From sequence record SRR2962707_1082: a DNA stretch of 20,000 nucleotides, one strand, 5' to 3'. A program made the position numbers and the translations under genes. The notes below the pieces were generated by a model that saw nothing but the letters and a program-made list of their open reading frames with translations, ran no database searches and was not told the DNA's origin. Below are positions 1 to 8,553 of the stretch, piece after piece (position 1 is the first letter of the stretch; each line of letters begins with the position of its first letter).

Positions 1-1
1 C

Positions 2-175
2 TTGGTCGCCCATGCCGTGACGCTTGAAAGCGAAGCGGTGCTGCTTAAAGCATATGCGGCTTATGGCGGCGAGATGCAGCGCATATCGGTTGAAACCGCT
101 ATTGAAGTTGGCCCGTTTCATGGCTGGAAACCATCGATGCCGGTGACGCAATGGGCATGGAGGAAACCGGCATGA
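2..175 (+). CDS. cobL: 3' end (partial) of precorrin-6B C5,15-methyltransferase/decarboxylase CobL (CbiT-type C-terminal domain)
   Basis: Not in the ORF track. Manual translation of frame +2 gives LVAHAVTLESEAVLLKAYAAYGGEMQRISVETAIEVGPFHGWKPSMPVTQWAWRKPA*, which matches the CobL C-terminal pattern (AVTLE...GW.P.MPVTQW). TGA 173-175 overlaps the cobI ATG (ATGA). Confidence 0.9.
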   Translation: MVAHAVTLESEAVLLKAYAAYGGEMQRISVETAIEVGPFHGWKPSMPVTQWAWRKPA

Positions 176-921
176 GCGGCAAACTATACGGCGTTGGCGT
201 TGGCCCTGGCGCACCTGATCTCATGACGCTTCGCGCATTTCGGATTATCACAGACGCACCGGTGATTGCCTATCCTGCGCCTGATAGTGGCACGAGCTTT
301 GCGCGGTCTATCGCAGCAGGCTGCATAAACGAAAAACATATTGAAATCCCGATTGTCGTGCCGATGCGTGTCGAGCGTTTTCCCGCTGCAGAAGTCTATG
401 ACAAAGCCTGCGTTGAGATTACATCGCATTTGGACGCTGGGCGTGATGTAGCGGTTTTGTGCGAAGGCGATCCGTTCTTCTATGGTTCATTTATGTATGT
501 TTATGAACGTCTTAGCGCTGCCTATGAATGCGAAATTGTGCCTGGTGTTTCGTCTATTATGACGGGCGCGGCGGTGAGCGGCATTCCCCTTGCGGCGCGC
601 AATGATGTGCTGACCATTATTCCTGGCCCCTTGGATGACGATGAAATGCGCACGCGTATTGATGCATCAGACGCGCTGGTGATCATGAAAGTTGGTCGTC
701 ATTTAGCGCGTATTAAAACTTTGTTGGCGAGCATGGGCTTGCTTGATCGCGCTGTCTATTTGGAGCGGGTCAGCCTTCCCGAAGAGCGCAAAATGCGCCT
801 GAAAGATTATGACGGCGACAGCGCACCGTATTTTTCGATGATTACGATCTACAAGGGCGCAGAGCCTTGGATCGATCCGGCGACGATGCACACGCTTCTT
901 AAAACAGATATTTCTCAATGA
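172..921 (+). CDS. cobI: Precorrin-2 / cobalt-factor II C20-methyltransferase (CobI/CbiL)
   Basis: Motifs LYGVGVGPGAPDLMTLRA, LCEGDPFFYGSF, VPGVSS, MKVGR and PYFS. Start moved from 151 to ATG 172 because of GGAGG at 159-163 and the ATGA overlap with cobL. Confidence 0.93.
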   Translation: MSGKLYGVGVGPGAPDLMTLRAFRIITDAPVIAYPAPDSGTSFARSIAAGCINEKHIEIPIVVPMRVERFPAAEVYDKACVEITSHLDAGRDVAVLCEGDPFFYGSFMYVYERLSAAYECEIVPGVSSIMTGAAVSGIPLAARNDVLTIIPGPLDDDEMRTRIDASDALVIMKVGRHLARIKTLLASMGLLDRAVYLERVSLPEERKMRLKDYDGDSAPYFSMITIYKGAEPWIDPATMHTLLKTDISQ

Positions 922-933
922 TTGTGACGAACC

Positions 934-2751
934 ATGAATAATACCAATGCACCAGCGATTATCGTGCTCAATGCGGGCGCTCTGCCTATGGCGATGCGCA
1001 TTGCCGACGAGGTTGGCGGCTTGATCCATGGCGCAGCAAAGCGCTTTACGGGCGAAAATATTATCGCGGTGGATGATCTGCGCGCCCATGTTCAAGCGCT
1101 GTTTCTCGCTAAAACGCCGATCATTGCGATTATGGCTTCTGGCGCGCTGATCCGTCTGCTTGCGCCGGTTTTGCTCGATAAGCATGATGAGCCGCCGGTG
1201 ATTGCGATTGCCGATGATGGTTCAAGCGTGGTGCCGTTGCTGGGCGGGCATCATGGTGCAAATACCATAGCGCGGCAGATCGCGGATCTTCTGGAAGCGC
1301 ACGCAGCGATTACCACGGCGGGTGACATTAAGTTTGGTGTTGCGCTGGATAACCCGCCTGCGGGCTATGTTTTGGCCAATCCTGAAAATGCGAAAAATGT
1401 CATGGCGGCGCTGGTTGCTGGGCAAAAGGCGCAGCTTGCTGGCGCTGCTGATTGGCTAGGTTCCGTGCCGCAGGCCGATGATGGCTCTGTAATTTTAACG
1501 GTGAGCGAACAGCCGGTCACTGCTGGCGAATTTGAGCTTGTCTACCATCCTAAAACCATTGTTGTTGGCGTTGGCTGCGAGCGCAATTGCCCCGCAGATG
1601 AACTGATTGACTTGGTTGATGCGCAATTGGCTACGGCGCATCTTTCGCCGCTAAGCGTTGCCTGCGTCACCTCAATTGATGTGAAAGCCGATGAAGCAGC
1701 GGTTCACGCTGTTGCCGATCATTTGGGCGTTCAAGCTCGGTTTTTTGATGCGCAAACCTTAGAAGCGCAAACGCCGCGCTTGGCTAATCCGTCTGATGTT
1801 GTGTTTGCGGAAGTGGGCTGTCACGGCGTTGCCGAAGGCTCAGCGCTTTCGGCAGTTGGTTCTGAGGGTTCACTGATTGCACCAAAGACGAAAACACGCG
1901 GCGCGACCTGCGCCATTGCGCGCGCGCCTCAACCCTTAACGGCGCTATCTGGCCGCACCCGTGGCCGCGTCTTCGTGGTCGGCATTGGCCCCGGCTCTGA
2001 AGGCTGGCGCTCGCCAGAGGTCAGCCGCATGGTGCTGCAATCGACAGATATTGTTGGCTATTCGCTCTATCTTGATCTGCTTGGCCCATTGGCCAATGGC
2101 AAAAAGCGCCATGATTTTGATCTAGGAAAGGAAGAAGACCGCGTGCGCCACGCCATGGAATTGGCGGGCGAGGGCAAAGATGTTGCGCTGGTCTGTTCAG
2201 GCGATGCAGGCATCTATGCGATGGCAACGCTGATCTATGAGCTGTTTGACAAGGGCGGCATTTCAGATGCGGCAACCCGCGTGGAGGTGATCTGTTCGCC
2301 CGGCATTTCTGCCTTACAAGGCGCTGCGGCGCGCGCCGGTGCGCCGCTTGGCCATGATTTTTGCACCATATCGCTGTCTGATTTGCTGACACCTTGGGAA
2401 GATATTAAGCGGCGTGTGCGCGCCGCTGGCGAAGGCGATTTTGTTATCGCATTTTATAATCCGGTCTCGAAAAAACGCCGCACACAATTGGCATGGGCGC
2501 GAGACGAACTGTTAAACCATCGCCCTGCAACATCGCCGGTCATCCTCGCGACCAATCTTGGCCGCGACGGAGAGAAGGTAAAAATCGTGTCACTGGCCGA
2601 TTTGAATGTTGATGATGTGGATATGTTGACCGTGGTGATTGTTGGCTCATCCAACAGCCGCGTTGTCAAAACAGGCGATGGCAAATCATGGGTCTATACG
2701 CCGCGCGGCTATAGCTCAAAAGAAACAACGAAAATGGAAGCTGCACAATGA
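934..2751 (+). CDS. cbiG-cobJ: Fusion of cobalt-precorrin-5A hydrolase CbiG (N-terminal ~340 aa) and precorrin-3B C17-methyltransferase CobJ/CbiH
   Basis: CbiG N-domain (MASGALIRLLAP..DKHDEPPVI..LLGGHHGAN..ITTA) and C-domain (VGVGCER..SIDVKADE..GVAEGSAL), followed from about nt 1960 by CobJ motifs (VVGIGPG, SGDAGIYAMA, GAPLGHDFCTISLSDLLTPW, FYNPVS, YTPRGY). Confidence 0.92.
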   Translation: MNNTNAPAIIVLNAGALPMAMRIADEVGGLIHGAAKRFTGENIIAVDDLRAHVQALFLAKTPIIAIMASGALIRLLAPVLLDKHDEPPVIAIADDGSSVVPLLGGHHGANTIARQIADLLEAHAAITTAGDIKFGVALDNPPAGYVLANPENAKNVMAALVAGQKAQLAGAADWLGSVPQADDGSVILTVSEQPVTAGEFELVYHPKTIVVGVGCERNCPADELIDLVDAQLATAHLSPLSVACVTSIDVKADEAAVHAVADHLGVQARFFDAQTLEAQTPRLANPSDVVFAEVGCHGVAEGSALSAVGSEGSLIAPKTKTRGATCAIARAPQPLTALSGRTRGRVFVVGIGPGSEGWRSPEVSRMVLQSTDIVGYSLYLDLLGPLANGKKRHDFDLGKEEDRVRHAMELAGEGKDVALVCSGDAGIYAMATLIYELFDKGGISDAATRVEVICSPGISALQGAAARAGAPLGHDFCTISLSDLLTPWEDIKRRVRAAGEGDFVIAFYNPVSKKRRTQLAWARDELLNHRPATSPVILATNLGRDGEKVKIVSLADLNVDDVDMLTVVIVGSSNSRVVKTGDGKSWVYTPRGYSSKETTKMEAAQ

Positions 2752-3527
2752 CCGTTTATTTTATTGGCGCTGGCCCGGGCGCACCGGACCTGATCACCGT
2801 GCGCGGCCTTCGCTTGATCGAGCGTTGCCCTGTGTGCCTTTATGCGGGTTCGCTTGTGCCTGAAGAAATCGTGGCCGCTGCGCCCGATGATGCCTTGGTG
2901 ATGGATACAGCGCCCATGCACCTTGATATGATTATTGATGAGATCAAAAAAGCCCATGAAAAGGGCCAAGACGTGGCGCGGGTTCATTCGGGCGATCCGG
3001 CGATTTACGGCGCTGTGGCAGAACAAATGCGGCGCTTGGATGCGCTGGGTATTGATTATGATGTGGTGCCGGGTGTGCCTGCTTTTGCTGGTGTTGCAGC
3101 AAAACTTAAAACTGAACTGACCTTGCCGGAAATTGCCCAGACCGTGATTATCACGCGCACGGGCATGAAAGCATCATCAATGCCTGAAGGCGAACAATTG
3201 GAAATTTTGGGTCAATCAAAAGCGACCTTGGCGATCCATTTGTCGATCCGTAATTTGGATTATGTGCGCACGGCCCTCGAGCCCTATTATGGCGATGATT
3301 GTCCGGTGGTGATTGCCTACCGCGCCACATGGCCCGACGAACTTTATATCAAGACAACGCTTGCAGGCATGAAAGAGGAAGTGCGCAAACATAAAATCAC
3401 GCGCACAGCGCTGATTATGGTTGGCAAGGTGTTTGGCGATGTCGAGTTTCGCGATTCAGATCTTTATAATGCTGATTATTCGCACGTGCTGCGCAATGTG
3501 GGCAAAAAGAAAAAAGCCAAAGCCTAG
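2748..3527 (+). CDS. cobM: Precorrin-4 C11-methyltransferase (CobM/CbiF)
   Basis: MTVYFIGAGPGAPDLITVRG..LYAGSLVP, RVHSGDPAIYGA..EQ, ELTLPEIAQTVIITR, RATWPDE, TRTALI. ATGA overlap with cbiG-cobJ. Confidence 0.95.
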   Translation: MTVYFIGAGPGAPDLITVRGLRLIERCPVCLYAGSLVPEEIVAAAPDDALVMDTAPMHLDMIIDEIKKAHEKGQDVARVHSGDPAIYGAVAEQMRRLDALGIDYDVVPGVPAFAGVAAKLKTELTLPEIAQTVIITRTGMKASSMPEGEQLEILGQSKATLAIHLSIRNLDYVRTALEPYYGDDCPVVIAYRATWPDELYIKTTLAGMKEEVRKHKITRTALIMVGKVFGDVEFRDSDLYNADYSHVLRNVGKKKKAKA

Positions 3528-4198
3528 CTTTGTGTGATCATAATGACGGGCAGGCCTAAATTGCGGGCCGCTTCGATTTTTGCATAGGCGCCTTTGCCGC
3601 CAGAATTGCGGCAGACAATATGAGTGATGGCGTGCTGTTTGAGTAGTGCTGTTTCTTCATCTCCATTGCTGGGCAAGCCAAGATGTAAAACATGGTTTGG
3701 CAAGCTCAATGGTGTGGCCGGCTGGTCGACCATACGCACGATAAACTGCACATCATGGCGGCTTTCAAACGGCGCAATGTGCTGACTGCCGAGCGCTAAT
3801 AAAACGGTCGCCTGTGGTGGTATTTTATCGCGCGCTTCCTCAATGGAATTGACCTCAATCCAGTGATCGCCGTCCAGTTTTTGCCATGGTTTTCGGGTGA
3901 TAATTTCGAGCGGTATGCCCGTTTGATCCGCCGCGATTTTTGCATTTTTCGAGATGCTTTTGGCGAAGGGATGTGTCGCATCGATAAGCTGCGTGACACC
4001 TTCTTTTAGCACATATTGGGCAAGGCCTTCAGCGCCGCCAAAGCCGCCGATGCGGGTTTCACCGCTGAGTGGTTTTGGTTCTTTTGTGCGCCCAGCGAGC
4101 GAAGAAATCACCCGTGCATTTGGCTGTTTGATCACCAAGTTTTCCGCCAATTCAGCGGCTTCCTTTGTGCCGCCTAGGATTAAAATAACCGCGCTCAT
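3524..4198 (-). CDS. cobK: Precorrin-6A / cobalt-precorrin-6A reductase (CobK/CbiJ)
   Basis: ILILGGTKEA, SLAGRT, RIGGFGGAEGL, IDATHPFA, RNSGG..AKIEAAR.LGLPVIMI. ATGA overlap with the cbiD stop. Confidence 0.95.
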   Translation of the reverse strand: MSAVILILGGTKEAAELAENLVIKQPNARVISSLAGRTKEPKPLSGETRIGGFGGAEGLAQYVLKEGVTQLIDATHPFAKSISKNAKIAADQTGIPLEIITRKPWQKLDGDHWIEVNSIEEARDKIPPQATVLLALGSQHIAPFESRHDVQFIVRMVDQPATPLSLPNHVLHLGLPSNGDEETALLKQHAITHIVCRNSGGKGAYAKIEAARNLGLPVIMITQS

Positions 4199-5334
4199 TG
4201 GCCTGAAAATCCGCTCTGGTGCAGGATATTTCCTTTGCGGTCGACAATCATAATCTCCACATCAACGGGCGCATCGCGCAATACGCCGCGTGCAGTTTTT
4301 TGCGCAAGATCGGCAATGGTAGGGGCGATGTCGATGCCTGCTTCATGAGTCAATTCAAGCACTTGCTGCGCGGTGTTCGCATTTAGAATCTGGTTCTTCA
4401 TATCTTGATTCAATTGCTTTGGCGCGATGGTCTGCTCCGTGATCTCGGCTAGAAATGCCATGTCGACTTGGCTTCTGCCTGAATGAAGATCAACCGCGCC
4501 TTGTGCCATTTTAACCAGTTTGGCAAAGCCGCCAGCGATGGTGATTTTTTCAATTGGGTGCTCGCGCAAATATTTTAAAAGCCCGCCCGCAAAGTCACCC
4601 ATATCAAGCTGTGCAATGTCGGGAAAATTATAGATTTTAACCGCTGCACTTTCAGAGGTTGAACCGGTTGCACCCAGCACATGGGTAAGCTTGGCGGCGC
4701 GGGCAACATCAATGCCGCGGTGGATAGAGTGTATCCAAGAAGCGCAGGAAAACGGATGAACGATGCCCGTGGTGCCGAGGATAGAAAGACCGCCCTTGAT
4801 GCCAAGGCGTGGGTTCCAAGTCTTGGTTGCCAGCTCTTCGCCGCCGGGGATCGAGATGGTGATTTTAAAGTCTGGTGCGATATTATGTATGGCGCAAATT
4901 TCAGCCACAACCGCACTCATCAATTGGCGCGGCACAGGATTGATCGACGGCTCACCAACGGCCAGCGGCAAGCCGGGCAGGGTAACCGTGCCAACGCCTT
5001 TACCGGCGGCAAATTGAATGCCGCCTGATGATTTTTCGACGCGGGCGATAATGGTTGCGCCATGGGTAATGTCTGGATCATCACCTGCATCTTTGATGAT
5101 GGCGGCCTCAGCAAAATCATCCCCAAGCAATTCGCTGGCAAGCGGAAAAGCTGGTGTCTCGCCTTTGGGCAGTGTAATTGACACGGGATCGGGGAATTTG
5201 CCGCTTAATAGCGCGGTTAATGCCGCTTTTGTGGCCGCAGTGGCGCAAGCGCCGGTGGTCCATCCACGTCGCAAGTGACCATCTGGTTTTCGCAAACCGG
5301 CATCCGGTTCATCTGCTAGTGGCATATCTTTCAT
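4195..5334 (-). CDS. cbiD: Cobalt-precorrin-5B C1-methyltransferase CbiD
   Basis: LRRGWTTGACATAA, KDAGDDPDITHGA, GVGTVTLPGL..INPVPR, TWNPRLGIKGGLSILGTTGIV.PFS, MGDFAG, DLHSGRS. The start is uncertain (ATG 5334, ATG 5325 or TTG 5295). The track's TTG 5385 collides with cobA and is unlikely. Confidence 0.93.
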   Translation of the reverse strand: MKDMPLADEPDAGLRKPDGHLRRGWTTGACATAATKAALTALLSGKFPDPVSITLPKGETPAFPLASELLGDDFAEAAIIKDAGDDPDITHGATIIARVEKSSGGIQFAAGKGVGTVTLPGLPLAVGEPSINPVPRQLMSAVVAEICAIHNIAPDFKITISIPGGEELATKTWNPRLGIKGGLSILGTTGIVHPFSCASWIHSIHRGIDVARAAKLTHVLGATGSTSESAAVKIYNFPDIAQLDMGDFAGGLLKYLREHPIEKITIAGGFAKLVKMAQGAVDLHSGRSQVDMAFLAEITEQTIAPKQLNQDMKNQILNANTAQQVLELTHEAGIDIAPTIADLAQKTARGVLRDAPVDVEIMIVDRKGNILHQSGFSGQ

Positions 5335-5340
5335 TTGGGT

Positions 5341-5348
5341 TTTATAGT
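5341..5348. promoter_or_regulatory. Candidate bidirectional promoter core with overlapping -10 hexamers for cobA (+) and cbiD (-)
   Basis: Plus strand TATAGT at 5343-5348 and minus strand TATAAA at 5346-5341, inside the 50-bp divergent gap. The -35 matches are weak on both strands. Confidence 0.4.
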
Positions 5349-5384
5349 CTGCAAAAGTGAATATCGAAAGGAGCCATTGGCTCA

Positions 5385-6248
5385 ATGGTTAGCAAGGCAA
5401 ATATTAGCACCGCTCTGAGCGATAGCCTACCAGCTTTTCACGCTGGTCACGTATGGCTTGTGGGCGCGGGTCCTGGTGATCTGGGGCTGTTAACGCTGCA
5501 CGCCGTCAATGCGCTTAGTCAGGCTGATGTGGTGATTTATGATGCGCTTGTGAATGAAAAGTGCCTCAGTCTCGCGCGCAACGACGCTATTTTGGAATAT
5601 GCAGGCAAGCGCGGCGGCAAACCATCGCCCAAACAGCGCGATATTTCGCTGAAACTGGTTGATTATGCCCGTGAAGGCAAACGCGTTCTGCGCCTTAAAG
5701 GCGGCGATCCGTTTGTTTTTGGCCGTGGCGGCGAGGAAGCGCTGACTTTGGTCGAGCATGGCATTCCATTTCGCATCGTGCCGGGGATTACCGCAGGTAT
5801 TGGTGGGCTAGCCTATGCGGGTATTCCGGCCACACACCGCGATACGAATCACAGTGTCACATTTCTAACAGGCCATGATGCGACCGGCGTTATGCCCGAT
5901 GGTATTGACTGGGGCGGCGTCGCAAAAGGCTCAAAAGTCATCGTGATGTATATGGCGATGAAACATATTGGCACGATTGCGGCGCGGTTGATTGCCGAAG
6001 GCCGCTCAACTGACGAAGCTGTCGCTTTTGTGTGTGACGCAGCGACCGAAAACCAAAAGGTTTTAGAGACAACGCTTGGACGCGCTGAAGCAGATGTTTT
6101 GGCTTCTGGCTTGCAGCCGCCAGCTATTGTGGTTGTGGGCGAAGTGGTGCGTTTGCGCGCGGGTCTTGATTGGCGCGGTGCGCTGGAAGATGGGCGTATT
6201 TTGATTGCCGATCCGCTCGGTCTTAGAAGTCAGGATAAATCTGCATGA
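5385..6248 (+). CDS. cobA: Uroporphyrinogen-III C-methyltransferase (SUMT)
   Basis: VWLVGAGPGDLGLLTL, YDALV, GKRGGKPS..Q..I, RLKGGDPFVFGRGGEE, VPGITAG, GIPATHR, FLTGH. SD AAAGGAG at 5367-5373. Confidence 0.95.
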   Translation: MVSKANISTALSDSLPAFHAGHVWLVGAGPGDLGLLTLHAVNALSQADVVIYDALVNEKCLSLARNDAILEYAGKRGGKPSPKQRDISLKLVDYAREGKRVLRLKGGDPFVFGRGGEEALTLVEHGIPFRIVPGITAGIGGLAYAGIPATHRDTNHSVTFLTGHDATGVMPDGIDWGGVAKGSKVIVMYMAMKHIGTIAARLIAEGRSTDEAVAFVCDAATENQKVLETTLGRAEADVLASGLQPPAIVVVGEVVRLRAGLDWRGALEDGRILIADPLGLRSQDKSA

Positions 6249-7534
6249 ACGGCTTTATCATTGCTGCGCCGCATTCAGGCTCTGGCAAGACAACTGTAAC
6301 GCTTGGGCTTTTGCGCGCGTTGCGTGATCGCGGTGTCGCTGTTGCGCCAGCCAAAGCTGGCCCTGATTATATTGATCCGGCGTTTCATGCCTTTGCCAGC
6401 GGCGAAATTTGCACAAATCTAGACCCTTGGGCGATGCGTAAGGGCCTTATTGCTGCAAACGCTGTGCAACATGGCAAAGACAAAACGCTTGTTGTCGAGG
6501 CGATGATGGGCCTGTTTGATGGGGCCGCTGATGGCACCGGCAGTGCAGCTGATCTTGCCGAATCCCTTGATTTACCGATTGTATTTGTCGTTGATTGCGC
6601 GCGCATGGCGCAGTCGATTGCCGCTTTGGTATCAGGCTATGTCAATTTTCGCCCATGCCTTCGTTTTGCCGGTGTCGTGCTTAACCGTGTTGGGTCTCAG
6701 CGTCATGAGATGATGCTGCGCGCGGCCTTAGCGCCGCTTGGCTTGCCGGTGCTTGGTGTTGTTTTTCAAGATGATGCACTGTCTTTGCCGAGCCGCCATC
6801 TTGGCCTCGTGCAAGCGCGTGAGCATGAAAGCTTAGAAGCGTTTTTGGCCAATGCGGGTAAGGTGATGGCCAATGCGCTTGATATTGACGCTTTGCCGAC
6901 GCTTGGCTTTGAGCAGAAAGTCTTTGAGGCGCGACCTGCCGCATTGCCGCCGCTTGGTCACCATATGGCCATTGCGGTCGATGATGCATTCGCCTTTTGT
7001 TACCCGCATTTGATTGATGGCTGGCGGCGTGCTGGCGCTGAAATCTCCTATTTCTCCCCCTTGGCGGATGAAGCGCCGCATGTGGATGCCGATGCGATTT
7101 ATTTGCCCGGTGGCTATCCAGAACTTTATGCAGAAAAGATTGCTTCAGCCGATAATTTTAAGGCCGCAATGCGCGGTGCGGCAGAACGCAAAGTACCAAT
7201 CTATGGCGAGTGTGGTGGCTATATGGTGCTGGGTGATAGCCTAATTGATGCTGACGGCCGCAGCCATGCCATGCTTGGCTTGTTGCCGCTCACCACCAGC
7301 TTTCAATCGCGCAAGCGCCATCTTGGCTATCGCCGATTGACGCCGCTTGCAGCTTCGCCGTGGCAAATGCCGATGATGGCGCATGAATTTCATTATTCTA
7401 TCGAGATTAAGCGCGGAAAAGGCGAGCCCTTATTCTCGGTGAGTGATGCGCTAGGCAATGATTTGGGCGAGGCGGGGCTGCGCATTGGTTCGGTGGTGGG
7501 CTCATATTGCCACGTGATTGATCGGTTCAACTAA
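6245..7534 (+). CDS. cobB: (Hydrogeno)cobyrinate a,c-diamide synthase (CobB/CbiA)
   Basis: P-loop SGSGKTT, KAGPDYIDP, EAMMGLFDG, RHLGLV, glutamine amidotransferase motifs PGGYPEL, GECGG (catalytic Cys) and HEFHY. ATGA overlap with cobA. Confidence 0.95.
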   Translation: MNGFIIAAPHSGSGKTTVTLGLLRALRDRGVAVAPAKAGPDYIDPAFHAFASGEICTNLDPWAMRKGLIAANAVQHGKDKTLVVEAMMGLFDGAADGTGSAADLAESLDLPIVFVVDCARMAQSIAALVSGYVNFRPCLRFAGVVLNRVGSQRHEMMLRAALAPLGLPVLGVVFQDDALSLPSRHLGLVQAREHESLEAFLANAGKVMANALDIDALPTLGFEQKVFEARPAALPPLGHHMAIAVDDAFAFCYPHLIDGWRRAGAEISYFSPLADEAPHVDADAIYLPGGYPELYAEKIASADNFKAAMRGAAERKVPIYGECGGYMVLGDSLIDADGRSHAMLGLLPLTTSFQSRKRHLGYRRLTPLAASPWQMPMMAHEFHYSIEIKRGKGEPLFSVSDALGNDLGEAGLRIGSVVGSYCHVIDRFN

Positions 7535-8523
7535 TGGCTGGCGTTCAACATGGCGGCGGCTTAGATCAAGCGATTGCGGCGTTTGGCGGTCAGAAGGCCG
7601 ATTGGCTTGATCTTTCGACTGGCATTAACCCAAATCCTTATCCGATATCTGAAATACCAAGTGATGTTTGGCACAGGCTGCCCGATGAAAGCCTGATGGA
7701 TGCCTGTTTGAATGCGGCGCGGGCCTATTATAGTGTGCCTGATGATGCGGCCATCGTTGCAGCGCCGGGCACGCAGGCGCTCATTCAGTTGTTGCCGCGC
7801 CTTTGGCCTGCAGATCGCCTAGGCATTGTGGCGCCAACCTATAATGAATATGCGCGCAACTATCAGATGGCGGGCAGCAAAATTGTGCCGCTGGCTTCGC
7901 TGGGCGATGCGACTGCCGATGTTAAAACTGTGGTTGTTGGCAACCCGAATAATCCAGATGGGCGATGCGATATATTGGGCGAGTTTGAGGCACTTAAAAT
8001 GCGCGGCTGTCAGATCATCATTGATGAGGCTTTTGGCGATGTAGCGCCGGAAAAATCATTGATTGGCGAGGCAGATCGCATCGATGTTTTGGTGCTAAAA
8101 AGCTTCGGGAAATTTTTTGGCCTTGCTGGATCACGGCTCGGATTTGCTGTTGGTTCGCCTGACATAATTGAGCGGCTATCAGCGATGATCGGGCCGTGGG
8201 CGGTGCCGGGACCAGCGCTTCATATTGGCGCGAAAGCCATGGGCGATGATGTGTGGATAGGCGAAACGCGGACGGCGCTGAATGCGATGCGTGAGCGTGT
8301 TGAGGCGCTGTTACAAAGCATTGGTTTTGAGCTGGTTGGCAGTACGGATTTGTTTGTGACGGCTTCGCATATTGATTCAAGCGCTGTGGCTAAGTCTTTG
8401 GCGCAGAATCGTATTCTGGTGCGCGAATTTGACTATGCGCCGACATGGATGCGTTTTGGTTTGCCTGCCTCGGATTTGCAATTTAATCGTCTTGAAGATG
8501 CGCTAAAAAAGGCGCTTGCGTAG
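7534..8523 (+). CDS. cobC: L-threonine-O-3-phosphate decarboxylase, PLP-dependent (CobC in P. denitrificans nomenclature, CobD in Salmonella)
   Basis: HGG..WLDLSTGINP, APGTQALIQ, PTYNEY, NPNNPDG, DEAF, SFGKFFGLAG.RLGF (PLP lysine), GPWAV. TAATG overlap with cobB. Confidence 0.92.
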   Translation: MAGVQHGGGLDQAIAAFGGQKADWLDLSTGINPNPYPISEIPSDVWHRLPDESLMDACLNAARAYYSVPDDAAIVAAPGTQALIQLLPRLWPADRLGIVAPTYNEYARNYQMAGSKIVPLASLGDATADVKTVVVGNPNNPDGRCDILGEFEALKMRGCQIIIDEAFGDVAPEKSLIGEADRIDVLVLKSFGKFFGLAGSRLGFAVGSPDIIERLSAMIGPWAVPGPALHIGAKAMGDDVWIGETRTALNAMRERVEALLQSIGFELVGSTDLFVTASHIDSSAVAKSLAQNRILVREFDYAPTWMRFGLPASDLQFNRLEDALKKALA

Positions 8524-8553
8524 AATGACGAAGCCCTTCAAAAAGCAAATATA

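Noticed and set aside
918..941. ATG overlapping the cobI stop (ATGA at 918-921) as the start of the next gene
   Set aside because: That frame closes after 7 codons (MIVTNHE*). The CbiG-CobJ frame starts at 934.
3504..3516. A-rich run AAAAAGAAAAAAG at the end of cobM as a slippage or phase-variation site
   Set aside because: It encodes the Lys-rich tail a few codons before the stop. The runs are short and both reading frames are intact.
5335..5385. N-terminal extension of CbiD to TTG 5385
   Set aside because: It would overlap the cobA start and its SD and leave no promoter space. The extension has no CbiD-like character.
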